In this document: positions 51,669-64,000 of the stretch, in pieces
Position numbering within the stretch: the first letter of the stretch is position 1
Layout of the letters: the number at the start of each line of letters is the position of its first letter
From: Felis catus
Lineage: Eukaryota
Reading direction: 5' to 3'
Length of the DNA stretch: 64,000 bases
Assembly (NCBI RefSeq): GCF_018350175.1
Contig: NC_058381.1
Coordinates: 8,618,001-8,682,000 of the forward strand
Program-made: the position numbers and the translations under genes
Notes under the pieces: model-generated
Told to the model about the DNA's origin: nothing
Databases searched by the model: none
What the model saw: only the letters and a program-made list of their open reading frames with translations

Positions 51669-51936
51669 TTCAACGTTTATTTATTTTTGGGACAGAGAGA
51701 GACAGAGCATGAACGGGCGAGGGGCAGAGAGAGAGGGAGACACAGAATCGGAAACAGGCTCCAGGCTCTGAGCCACCAGCCCAGAGCCCGACGCGGGGCT
51801 CGAACTCACGGACCGCGAGATCGTGACCTGGCTGAAGTCGGACGCTCAACCGACTGCACCACCCAGGCGCCCCTCTCTCTCTTTTTTGAGAGAAAGTGCA
51901 TACTCCAGTTGTGAAGCAATCAGCTACGCACTACTG
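51436..51936. mobile_element. MER63-type hAT element split by a SINE
   Basis: gtgctggaaccagcc...ctcttcccaacttcgggttcagcgagatcaccctggtag; ends gcactactgg. Confidence 0.7.
51650..51873 (-). mobile_element. Young felid SINEC_Fc inserted in (TC)n
   Basis: Near-consensus; TSD ctctctctctttt. Confidence 0.96.
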
Positions 51937-52049
51937 GATATGCATAACCTAATTTTTGCAGGTGAGACCTGAAGAGATATTTAATCAGGGCTCTGGGGAA
52001 ATCACGAAGAAAATGCTGTTCCTCACACAGAGGGTAGTAAAGAAACGAG

Positions 52050-52300
52050 ATCTCGGACCACCGAAACAATTTTGTTCACCATGAGAGGACCTGACCAGGG
52101 GGTAAAGTTGACACGCATGAAAAGATCGAAGAAATCCAGAGTCAGCGCCTTCACTGTGTGGACTTCTGAATCCATCTCCCTGAAGCTCATTTACCTCTTT
52201 ACTCTTCAGTTCAGTGAGCCAGTAGAGTGCCTACTTTAAAACCAGCTCAAATTGGGATTTATTTTTGTCATCATCAATGGAGAGATCTTGAGTTGATGCC
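52050..52300 (+). mobile_element. MaLR LTR relic (MLT1-type)
   Basis: gtgagccagta...aaaccagctcaaattgggatt...gagatcttgagttgat resembles an MLT1 3' end. Confidence 0.55.
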
Positions 52301-53649
52301 CAGCTGTGACTTATGAGCAAGGCTCCCCATATTGCACAACCCCGAGGGGATCATTCACACTGAAGTCACTGTAAAGAACAGTCCTTGGAGTCGGGAGGAG
52401 CCTGGTTTGTGCAGCCATGTGTGGGGTATGTGATGGGTGTGCCTAAAAACAAGTTTACCTATTCCCTATCATTCAGCAAGAGCCACCACCCCCCGCTAGT
52501 CCCCACTGGTTTATTCCGTCGTTCCATTTTCATCAATCTCTTCTTATGACCCAGCCATAAGTAAGACACCCACTGCCCCATTTTTAATCCCCACTTCCTC
52601 CAACAGTCAGCCTTTACTGCCATCTATCCTTATTTCATGTTTTCTGTGGCCACTGGGAATTCCTAAAAAGAAGGAATAGACTCTTTGATGCTGGCCAGCT
52701 CCTTTGATTAGTCAAAGTTTTTCCGCCAGCCTCCCAAACGTTCATCCTGTGATTTTGCTTTCCATTTCCTCCATATTGGCCAAACTGGACCATTCATCAT
52801 CCCTCAAAAATGTCCAACGAATATGTGTTTCAGCACCTCTGTGTGCAAATTCCCCATGGTGCCTTCATCTTCCCCTATTGAAATCTTAGGTTTCCTACAA
52901 CTCCCAATTCAAATCCCTTCCCTTATCATGGTCTTAGTCCAATATTATTACAAAGAACAGACCCTGGTAGTTAAAAGGGCTCATCTGTTGGATAAAAATA
53001 CGGGGCTAACTCACAGTACCTAGGGCACCAAAGGCAGCCAGGTATTGCATAAAAGTGGAGCCAGAGAAAATCAGGAACGCAAGTTATTCTCTCCCTCTCT
53101 GGGGCCTCCAGTCTCCATTTGTCTGCCTCTCTTCGTGTCTTCTTCATTTTTCTCATTCTTATTATACCAGCCGTCCGTATGGTTGATATCTGATAGCTTT
53201 CTTGTCCCATCAATTCCAGAGACCAGCGGGAACTGAGTAGATTCTCACTGTATCCCAGTTTCCCAATCCCCTGGAGAGAGAAGCTCATAGATCCGGCTGA
53301 GTCAATAGGCTGACTGTCCCGGGTCTGATGTCCACCCTTTAACCAGTCACCTGCGGAGGCAGGTAGAAGGTAGATAATGACAGGATGCCTTTGGCTATTC
53401 CTTCCAGGGATGTGGGAAGATCTAACTCTCTAAAGAGGACAGTGAAGTGTTCAGGCAAGGAAGAAGGGATTGGTAACTCTAGTAACTAATCATCCCCCCT
53501 AGAGGGGTTTGAATTCTCACACCCCCTACTTCTCATTACATTTCTCTTATACCGTGCTAATTTTATTTACATCTCACCTCCCCCCCCCCCCTAGGGACAC
53601 AAGGGACACGCTTCACATTATATTACATGCATCTTGTGTGAGAACCCAC

Positions 53650-54020
53650 CCTCGCAGCTGGGTTCTCCAGAAAGCAGATTCTGAAATATAGTTTACGTGA
53701 AGGATGTTTATTCAGGGATGCGTTTGGTTTTGAGACTTGTGGAAAGGAGGAAGGAGGCATGATTGGGCAGAGGGAGACAATGAGCTGCAATGAAGGCCAA
53801 GCGACAGCCTTGACCTCTTCTACAGGGAGCCCTACAGCTAGAATGCGACCTCAGCATTGTCCTAGTTCAGCTGAGATAACCAGGCCTCTGCACCCTGCAT
53901 GCGTCAGCCATTGGAGGCCCAGGGAGGCATCTGCATTTGTGCAAGGAGGCTCTCTACAGCTGAAATAATCAGCAACACGTCCTCTCCTGAAGGGGGATCT
54001 GGATGGCACCACACAACGAC
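53650..54020. mobile_element. ERVL-type LTR relic
   Basis: gggttctccagaaagcagattctgaaat...gattgggcagagggaga; family not resolved. Confidence 0.45.
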
Positions 54021-55244
54021 CACGTGTCAGCTGAAGTCCCCATGATGCATTACACGCCGCATGTGTATTCACATCTGTTAGCTACTTCAGAGCAGAGAGA
54101 CAGAGGGGATGGGAGGGGAGGAAGGAAGAGGGGAGAGAATGAGAATAAGTGTTGAATAAGAGAGTAGATGAATGGAAAAATACAAATAAGTCATTGTTTT
54201 CTACAGATCCTATTGGGAAAAAAATAACAGGAGGGGGAAAAAAATCCCAAGGTTTAAAGTTAATGATGTATGTATGCAAATTCCAGATCTCTACCTATTA
54301 GGACTTTCGGCAAGTTACTACACCTCTCTGTTACTTCCCCTCTCTCCCCTCTGATTTTAGCACTCCATGCAGGTCTGTCTCTATATTTGTGTGACCCAGA
54401 GAAGGTATGCAAGTGGAGGTCCCCATCCCAGGTGTACGAGTCAACACCTCAACCCACAACCAAGTCCCGCCCACACTCCTTGTCCAACACTGTTGTTAGC
54501 AAATCCTTGGACACCCACAGACCCAGACGTGTATACCATGGTGGTGTGGTCCATCCTCAGATGCCATGACCCAGAAAAGAGAGTCTCGATGCTCTGCGTG
54601 GTTCTCCCTTAGCCCCGCCATCTCCTTGTTTCGTGGGGAGGAGACTGGAATGACCAAAGGAGTGCAAGACCCTCTACATTATTAACTGGTTTCAATCTTG
54701 TAGATAGTCATTCATCAGCAGCTTTGCCTGATGCCCACAATTTTGCGTTGGCTTCACAAAGTCCTTGATATTTTGCAAGATTGGCAACTTTGCTTTGTAA
54801 TATGTTTGTAGTGCATATGACTACCTTCTAATTGCCTTAAAGTCAAATGGGGAGGGATGTTGAAATAGGGATTAATTTTATCCTTGGTTAGTAATGGTGA
54901 ATATTCTCGTATTGTGATGCATTTCACTTCCATCTGAGCCATTTACCTGTGGGAACTTAAATGATCTATCCCCAGACAATGAGCGCATTTTATGTTAGAG
55001 GCCATCTTAATATGGATGGACTGGCTACTGGAAATACGTCTTGCTGTCTCTCATAGCAAGTTTCTCTTTGTAAATTCTCCTTAAAAGATAACTTACTTAC
55101 TCTTTGCCCTTTTTAAAAGATTTTTGGTTTTGATTTTGATAGAATTTGCCTACTAATTCAACACTTTACAGATTATAGATATATTCAGTCTTTCTAAAAT
55201 TTTCTTGGGAAAATAACAATTCTATGTAGTTTTGTAGTACGTGT

Positions 55245-55865
55245 TAAATATGTACAATTATATAATTATATATAATTATATATTTATATGTCATATATGT
55301 CATTAACTAATGCTGTTATCACTTATATACAATTAATGTGTTATATATTAATATTATTAGAAAGTATTTTGTATATCATTTCCATATTATATTCTCTACA
55401 TATTATATTTGTGTTATATTTATAATCACATATAACTATTATAGGTAGTATATGTTTTTTATTAAATATAATATATAAATATATTTATGATATGCAAATG
55501 ATATGATACTAATAATACATTAATTATTAACAATATTGATAAATAATACATTAGTGTATTAATTGCACATGATATAATCTTAAATAATATACAGGTATAT
55601 AAATATTTTATGAAATATATAAATTTTATATAATATATGTAATATGTAAAATTTATATAAGATATAAATATACTATATACAATATAATTATATAGAATTA
55701 CATATGTTATATAATTGTATGTAATTTTATATAATATATATTTTACATAATATATACATTTACCATATATTTTATATAATATATAAATATACCATATACA
55801 ATATAAATATGTAGAACTTTATATGTTATATAATATAAAAGTATATGTATATAATAGTTATTTTA
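55245..55865. repeat. Degenerate (TA)-rich low-complexity tract
   Basis: About 620 bp of almost only A/T. Confidence 0.95.
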
Positions 55866-55869
55866 TCTA

Positions 55870-57000
55870 GAATGTGGTCAAGTTTGTCTACATTTTCATA
55901 TTATTAACACCATTCACTTATGCTTTTATCTATCCTGCTTTTCTTTCACTTTGAAAGGGTTTTGCTATTATTGGTTTTTCAAGTTCTTGAGCTAAATGCT
56001 TAATTCTTAGTCTCTTGTTTTCCTCAATACATGCATTTAGGATATCAGGGTTACCAATGTCCCTACAAGTGTCACTTTAACTGTGTACCACAGTTATGAT
56101 GGAAATGCTTTCGATTACTATTTTTATTAATATTTCATGATTATAATTTGGTTTCCTTTTTGGTCCATTAATTATTTGCAAGTGTTTTGGATTTCTCAAG
56201 GAATAGAATTCTTAAAATTCCATTTTGGTCACTTACCTGTAGCCTTACTTCATATTTATTAGAGGGTATAGAGTGTGGCATGTTGTTTAGACTTCTGTTT
56301 AGACTTCTGTGACCAAGGATATAGACGATGTTTATAATTGTCCTAAACACACTTGAAAATATGTGCATTCTTTCTCTTTCGGTGCATGCTTCTAAATATG
56401 TTCATTATACTAAGCTTTGTAAATACACTGTGTAAAATATCTACATGCTTGGGAAATTTCGGTCTCTACCTGTCAATAACTCCTAGAAATGCATGAAAAC
56501 TTCCACTATTATAATGGTGGCTTCTCCTTCTATTCAGGCCATTTTTGTGTTATTATTTCTGGGGCTTTGTAATTCAAATCACTTAGATTCCCCCAAGTGA
56601 TTCATGCTTAGCTCTAAGACTCTTTATCCCTAATAAAGTTGATTTTGTCTGATATTAAGGTAGCTACACCAGCTTTCATCTCATGAATGTTTGCTGACTG
56701 TATCTTTTCCCATCCTTTTCCCTTCCCATCCCATCAACATCAACATCAACATCAACTTTCAACCTTTTGACATCATGAGTTTTTAGACTATCTCTTGGAA
56801 ATAGCTTATAATGAACCTTACATATTTGGTTGTTTATTCTAATCAGTGAATGTCTGTCTTTTAATGAGGAAGTTTAGTACATCTGCCTTTATTGGAGTTA
56901 CTAGTATTTCTGAACTGTCTTCTGCCTTTAGCTTTTTAAATATCGTTCCCTATTTTTCTCCTTTCTTGTCTTCTATTGAATGATTTCGGCTTTTTCTTGC
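55870..57000 (-). mobile_element. Ancient L1M relic
   Basis: T-rich; tgtctgatattaaggtagctacaccagctttc...tatcttttcccatccttt, typical antisense L1M. Confidence 0.65.
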
Positions 57001-60000
57001 TTTTCCTCAATTTGTTTCCAAGTTTCACATTTTTCCCCCTTACTTTGTAGCCAACAAACTCAGTATAGTTCACTAAACTCTCTACCTTTGCCCAACCAAT
57101 TCAAGGATCTTAGATCTTACTCTATAATCTCTTTCAGCCAGTTTTGTTTCTATGTTTCTATTCTTGGGGTGCTAGTTCTCCTGCATACTGTCTTTATAAT
57201 TCTCCTCCATGGTTCTTTTTTTTTTTTTTTCTTGTCTGAGTTGTAATTATTTCTTTTATTGTGAGTTCTTCCTCAGTGGGGCGGTCTTTGCTGAGGGTGT
57301 TTTAGTCTGGGTGGTCCTAGGGAACAGTGTTTTATTCTTCTCCCAAGAGCACAATGAATCCTGGACCACTCTGTATTCATTTCTCCGCTTGGGGTTATCA
57401 CACTGTGCATATAAGTTGAGAACTTACCCCCGTGTTTGGTGTAGATGCAGTGTTTAGGTTTCTCAGATATATTCTTCTGATTTTTAAAACTCCCCTTCGA
57501 GCCTGAGACAGACCCTGTGTTTTCTTGCCTCTGAGCCAGGAGGCGGCCTTTTTCATTCTCGCGAACTCAGAAACCCTTGGGAGGATTCCAAAGGGTCCCC
57601 AATTTCACTTAGGGCTCTCCACCTCCAGCCGGGCCAAAGACACATCTCCTTCCCTGCATCCCCACTGGGGCAATAGAACCTTAGCCCCAGCACAACCTCA
57701 GCCCCGTGCCCAGGCTTGACGGCCTCAGTGGCCAGCAAAGCTGTCACAACATCTGACAAGGCTGGGGGCAGGTGGCACTGACCGGCCTGCTCCTGCTTCG
57801 TCCTGCCATCAGGGGGTTCCCATTTATTTCTCTTATGAAGCTTTATTTGTAGATTTCATCATGCAACTCCACACGCCTAACAAGGGCGGAGAAGCCACCT
57901 CGGCCCGACTGCCACCTGCCGAGATCCAGATTCCAAGCGCACTTCTCCACATTCCCTGTGTCCTCCTCATCTTCCGTCCTGCCCCCACCCCCACTCCGAC
58001 CTCCCCTTACACTGCTGTATTCCCTCAATTCCGGGTTTCCCCTTACAGGCTAGGGGGAGCAGCCGCTCTGTGAAGGTGCGCTTTGCCAACCCTATCTGGC
58101 TGAGCCGTGTAGCTCTGAGTCGGGAGGTGGGGTGAGGGAAAGACACAAGAGAAAAAGAGGATGACGGACAGCAATGTTTCGGGGAAACTTGGTGCTATCA
58201 CACTAGAGCGACACGTCTCGGCTACGCGTCTCGGTAACATTCCAGAAATGAAGAAAGGGTCATCCTTGATGGATCCCGTGAGAGTGGTGAGGAACTCAGC
58301 TTTGCTTGCTTTGGGGTAGAAGAAAAATAACACACGAAGCTTGAGGCCAGCCCACACCGAGAGAAAAGAAGCAGAAAGCCTTACTGGTGGCACGAAGATT
58401 TCCCCACATCTTCCTAAGGTCCGTAGCCAGGTGCTTCTTTTAACGTTTTCCCGGATCTCCCAGGTAAGCGTTGTTGGGTATTTCCCCCTGTGGAGACAGT
58501 TTCCTTTCCCTTAATGCTCACACAGGAATTTTCAGAAGCAGTTTCCAGAAGGCTCACCCGGCCAGGGGCTTTGCTTCCTGGGATGTTGCATCGCCGGCCA
58601 GCGGCATCCCAAGTGCCACCAGGGAGGGACCCGCTGGTCGGCCCCGGGGCCCCTAGACACTCAAAACACTCAAAACTCTCAAACCCTCAAAACTCTGCCC
58701 TGGGGGCAGGTTTTCGTTCCTTTTTGAGTCTGAAGACCCTTGACCCAGCTCTGTGACTCTGGACCATCAAGTCAAGGTGAGACTGACAGATGCTGACGAT
58801 TTGTTACAACGGCTCCCCGCTGAGCCCTGGTTCCTTTAGACACGGAGAGAAAACAAACAGGAATTTCAAGGAGCTATGTGGGGGCACCCCTCACCGCTAG
58901 GCTTCTGGAAAAGTGCAGGCGTCTGAAGCCCTGCCCACACCTATCAGGTTGACAGTGGGGCTGCATAGGCAAGAAGACAAGACGAGTAAGGGAGACAGTA
59001 GCTGGGGGGGAGGTGGGGGTGGGGGGGAAGGAGGGGAGAGGGGAGGGGAGGAGGGACAAAAGTTGGTTGTTACCCACAGTTCCCAGGCAGAGAGCTCTGT
59101 GCTTCTGGTAAGCAGTCTGATTTACAGCTTGCGATGTTCTGGGCGAGAGCACCCACAGCCTAAAGTGTTTTGTGTCTTGACCTGTAAAAATAAGTCTATT
59201 GACCCTAATCAATCTCCCATGACGCAGAGATGCCTGACATGTGGCCGGCAAAGGGGTGCCGGAGGTCTTGGAGCTCAGGAGCTAACCATCGTCTTGGGTA
59301 ATCAGCCTGATCTCTGCAGCAGTGAAATTATTCCCGCATCCCCGGTGGGGGAGGGGATTTCCATCTTTTAATGAGAAAACGGAGGGTTGTTTTCATTTTT
59401 TAATTGCTGGGGCTAATTAAGGCCTGGGGCTCCTGTGCGGACCTGGGCCCTTGTGGGTGCGGGTTCCCAGACACCTCTGCAAGAGCCTCGCCCCAGCGGT
59501 GGGTAACCCGCCTGTCCCGACTTCCCGCCGTAGTTAGCAAGGGCTTCTGTTCCGATTAAGTATTTTATTACAGCAGCTAATTATGAAGTCCGTAGCCGGT
59601 GCCCTGTGCCTTAGGAAGGATTTCCTTCTGCTTTGTGAGGGGCATGCTAAGGGCGGGTGTTGTTTCAACCCTTGCAAGACAAAATCAGAACTGGCACATC
59701 GCCCGGATGGTCAAATGGTAACATATCCCTGGAAAATAGAAATAGTTTAAAGCCACGCCAGGAACACCAAATAGACAAAGCTTCGTTTTAAGCTGAGATT
59801 TGGAGAGGGTGTCGAAGAAGAAAGAGACGCCATGGTCTACCAGCACCTACAAACCCTCATAACAAAAACCCAGCTCGGAGGCCCACCCAAGCCCCGTGGA
59901 GGGGAAGGGTGCTTTGTCTAACACATTAATGGGGGACGAAATAACGCAGTGAAAGGGTCTCAGCAGCGACTACCTATTTCTCCCCGCGGTACTCTGTTCA

Positions 60001-60194
60001 TTAAACACTTCCGGAGAATTCACTGGAGTATTTGGAGAAGACACATCCTTTGTGTGAAAGGATGAAACGGGGAACGATTAGGAATGCTTAATGGTCTTTA
60101 GGTACTACTGCGTCGCAATCAGAAAGCTTTTTTGCTACGAAGGATTAAGAAAAGAAGACACGTTCTTTCTTCGTGATATATGTCTTTATAATTC

Positions 60195-60370
60195 TATATG
60201 GATTCTTTATAGATCTATATAGATGTAGATAGAGAGAAGTATCTATGTAGACCTTTATAGAGGTAGAGCCATAGATCAACAGAGAGATGATAGATAGATA
60301 GGTAGATAGATAGATATTAAAGTTTTTGCCTGTTTAGGTTTTGTGAGGTGTGTGTGTGTATGTGTGTGTG
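60195..60370. repeat. Degenerate (GATA)n and (TG)n repeats
   Basis: Seen directly. Confidence 0.85.
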
Positions 60371-60888
60371 TTTTAATGGGCGTTGAGTTTTTCCAGCTCC
60401 AAAAAGAATTGCATAGGAGTATGTTTGGGGTGTTGGGGTGGGGAGAGTGAATGACCGACATAACCCTTCCTGTCCTGACTTGAAGCCAGAGTGAAAGGGA
60501 GACCGGTAGACCATCCCTCCCTATTCTTTCCACCTCCATCCTGCCCAGCAGCCACTCCTTGGCCACCTCTTGGACTTAAGGATGGGCACAGCTATGGCAC
60601 AATATACCTTCATGAGGAGCATCCAGGGAACAGGTGGATGTAGGTCTTAAAGCAAGTTCAAGACTGTCTGGGCATCTCATTTCCCAGTCTCAGGTTCCTA
60701 GAACTGGGGGTGGGGAGGTGGACACTGCTCTGTGTAGACATGAGCCTTTGAGGCTGGGGACACCTCAGTCCAGGAAGAGGATTTAAAGGAGAGGGGATAC
60801 AGACTAAGCCCTCTAAATCTCAGGTTCAAGGCAAGGCCCTGGATGCCCAGGTCTAAGGGTGGCACTAGATGTTAAAAATTCTGTGATA

Positions 60889-61091
60889 GGGCACCTGGGT
60901 GGCTCAGTCGGTTAAGCGCCCATCTTCTACTCAGGTCATGATCTCGCCGTCCGTGGTTCAAGCCCCACGTCAGGCTCTGTGCTCAGAGCCTGGAGCCCGT
61001 TTTGGATTCTGTGTCTCCCTCTCTCTGTGCCCCTCCCCCACTCTCTCTCTGTCTCTCTCTCTCAAAAATAAATAAACATTAATTTAAAAAA
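60889..61091 (+). mobile_element. CanSINE
   Basis: TSD aaaattctgtgata/aaagttccgtgaca. Confidence 0.92.
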
Positions 61092-63312
61092 GTTCCGTGA
61101 CATATGTTTGTTCATTTATACAAAAGCATATTTCCGCAATGTCTCACGAACTATGCCGTGTATCAAGGCCACGCTCGTGGCCGATCAGGCAAGATGAAGT
61201 GATTGCTTCTCATTTTATTTTATTTTTTTCATTGTCTTCAGTGGGCCTGATTTCAGGAAGCACCTTTGGTTGAATCGTGACCCCTTTCCCATCAAAACGT
61301 ATAGTGGTCTGCAAAGAGAAGAAGAAGAGACCCCGGCGAAACTTTGCTCACACTCCCTACCCGGGAGTGGGAAGGTCAGACAGTGGGGCCAGGGGCCTCA
61401 GCGTGTGAAGTGCACTCGACCGCTCCCACCCCACCTTGGCCTGATTCATCATGGCTGTGTACATTAGCTTCAGCCAACGCAAACACAGAGGGGCCCTTTT
61501 CAGCAGTGGAGGATTTCCCGCCTGGGGGCGTCTACACTGCATCGCCCAACTCCCACTCCCACCCCCAAGCTGCTGAACTCTGAATCAAGATGCCCACTAA
61601 GGCATACATTTCCTGTTTCCCCCACCTATAGAACTGCAGCGTTGAGGTAGGAACCCCAACCCGTTTTGGACAGAATGTTGCTATTCTCATGGTTGAAACC
61701 AGCCAGAACTCTCTCTACAAGAATGGACCTAAAATAGAAACTTCTCAGGATCTGGAAAAGATACTGCAATGCAAAAAAAAAAAAAAAAAAGAAAAGAAAA
61801 AAAAAGGGGAGGGGAACCCCACTGAAAATTAGGGAAAACGTCGCCCTATTCAATAAATTTGCTACAAGAAATAACATATTTTTAGAAAGCAGGGTATCTA
61901 TGAAATCAATCACTATGAAATTAATCTACGAAATTAACAACTTCCAAGGGGGCATTGAATTGATTAATTCTCAGTAAGCCGTTCTGAGGAGGAAGTCATC
62001 TAAGAAAGAGAGGTGGGCATTTAAAAAAAAAGAAAGAAAGAAACATGGTTACTGAATTAAAAATCACCGTGGCCACTACAAACAGAAGATTGGATTCCGC
62101 GGAAAATTAAATTAAGTACATGACGTAGCCTAAAAACGTATCTAACTTGTATAAGGGGAAAACCGGAGAGACCAAAGGGAAAAAAGAGGAGGTAAGAGAG
62201 ATAGAGAGAGGTCTGTAAGATCCTACTGGCAGTCTTTTCTGGCCAGAACAGACTGAGAAAAATGGATGGCGATAGGATGCTTGGAGATGCCTGGATGCAA
62301 ACTCCAAGTTTTACTGAACCCCTCCCTTCCCACCCTTTCTGCTACCGTCCTCATACTTTTTTATGTGTTTCCTTTGTCTGTTGGCTCAAGTCTTCCTCTA
62401 GTAATATGTGGATATGTCAAAACATATTCCCATTTCAGCAGAAACTACTGTAACCCGAATTCACCTTCCGGCCAATGCAACATGTCAGGTACAGGCATCT
62501 GGAACTAAAAGCCAAACATTTGGCCATTCCTGGGCATCCGTTTCGAAACGTGACTTCGAATCCCTGGTTTTAACTCCCTCCTCTCCTCCATCCTGAACAC
62601 CCACTGATATCTCAAAAGAAAAATGCAGGCAAACAAGAAAATACGGACGTGAGCGAGAGTGTGTTGGAATAAATAGAAGATGCACGTCAGGAAGAAGTCA
62701 GGAAATGTAGGAAACGTTGGTCCGTTGTCGGTGATGACGGAATCAGACTCAGGCAGGTGCCTAACTGGTCCTCACCCCAGCGATGCCCAAAACACATAAA
62801 GGAGGGACTTCAGTAGCTGAGAGTAAGTCAAACAAAATAAATTGTTCCCAAGAATTAAGGCCAATTTTCTCTCTGTATTCACCCACTCTGAGACACAGAC
62901 GTAGACTGAATATAGAAAACGGAAACCACCCGGGACCAGAGAAAACTACAGAATACTAAACTTAACCACAGCCAGAGATCGTCACCACATTACATACAAC
63001 ACACACACACAAAAAAACCTACCCTGATTAATTAGACCGTGGCAATACCTACAATATTTGATACTGGCTCCCACAATATGACAAAATTATTTTCCTAAAT
63101 AATCATGAAATAATAATAATACTCAGAAAGTAAATGATGACAACAAAATTATTCTCTTACTGATATCGTAGTAGCCCAGCATAAATAAATAAATAAATAA
63201 ATAAATGTGAGAGTACAAGAAGGGAAAAATAGATTATATACTTTTAGATTACGTGAATGCATTTTTAAAAGGGAGAATGAAAATTCATGATGATTAAAAA
63301 TTTGATATTGCT

Positions 63313-63471
63313 GGGGCGCCTGGGGGGTTGGGTCGGTTAAGGGTCTGACTTCGGCTCAGATCATGATCTCGCGGTCAGTGATTTAGAGCCCCACGTCAGG
63401 CTCTGTGTTGATAGCTCAGGGCCTGGAACCTACTTTGGATTCCGTGTGTCCCTCTCTCTGTCCCTTCCCTG

Positions 63472-63502
<31 letters not shown>

Positions 63503-63528
63503 AAAACTAAATAAAAATTTAAAAAAGA
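63313..63528 (+). mobile_element. CanSINE
   Basis: ggggcgcctgggg head, CT linker, A tail. Confidence 0.9.
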
Positions 63529-63629
63529 ATATCCAATTTAATTAGACAGAGAAATAACAATGCACAATAAGCAAGTACAATCCATTTCATGAATGCTAAG
63601 ATGCTTCAGAATTAGGAAATTTATCAGCA

Positions 63630-63990
63630 GAAAAATATTTGAAGGAAGAGTGGGAGAAGAATATCCCAAGTTTTTGCAATAGAAGACAAAAACCTTGCCG
63701 GTTCAAGAGGCTCACCTTGCAAAAGGATGCATTCAGAGAAAACCACACACCCCTGGGCACATCACCGTCAAAGCACTGAAAGCCGAAGACCAAGAGAAAC
63801 TCTCAAAAGCACTGAGACACAGATATATGGCACAGAGCGGGACAACAGGGATGACTGCCGATGTCTCATCAGAAAAAAATGGAGGCCATTTTGAAGTGCA
63901 GAAGGGAAAAAGGAAAGTCAACCCCAAATCCCGCACGCGAAAAATACTCTTCAAAACTGACCGTGAAAGACACAGTTGGGGTATATGAAA
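63630..63990 (+). mobile_element. Decayed L1 ORF1 remnant (RRM/CTD region)
   Basis: VQEAH...TPGHITVKALKAEDQEKLSKALR...MTADVSSE resembles L1 ORF1p IQEAQ...TPRHIIVK...KDKEKILKAAR...LTADLS. Confidence 0.8.
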
Positions 63991-64000
63991 GCTGAGAGGA

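Noticed and set aside
61515-61532. CTCF-like CCGCCTGGGGGCGT
   Set aside because: Mismatch at a core position; a single weak motif is not enough

Overview
Mammalian genomic DNA from a cat-family (Felidae) genome: about 33 tRNA-derived CanSINE copies or fragments, several of the felid SINEC_Fc type. The window is non-coding (intergenic or deep intronic) and repeat-rich. It holds old L1 and L2 relics, MIRs, MaLR/ERVL LTR relics, hAT and Tigger DNA transposons, microsatellites and two short N gaps. I recognise no protein-coding, rRNA or tRNA gene and no CRISPR array; the only interpretable ORFs are decayed L1 ORF1 and L2 RT pieces. I cannot support a new biological system here. The best directly visible oddities are: a ~300-bp diverged direct duplication (5819-6113 / 9935-10239) bracketing an L1-filled interval, with CpG gain in one copy; a twin-primed (5'-inverted) L1 nested in an older L1; a complete 901-bp Tigger element carrying an 18-nt exon-like cassette; a CpG-undepleted patch near 16.4-16.9 kb; motif-dense candidate enhancers; and a possible chain of small plus-strand non-coding exons. 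Repeat family names come from remembered consensus sequences and boundaries are approximate; RepeatMasker/Dfam should confirm them.
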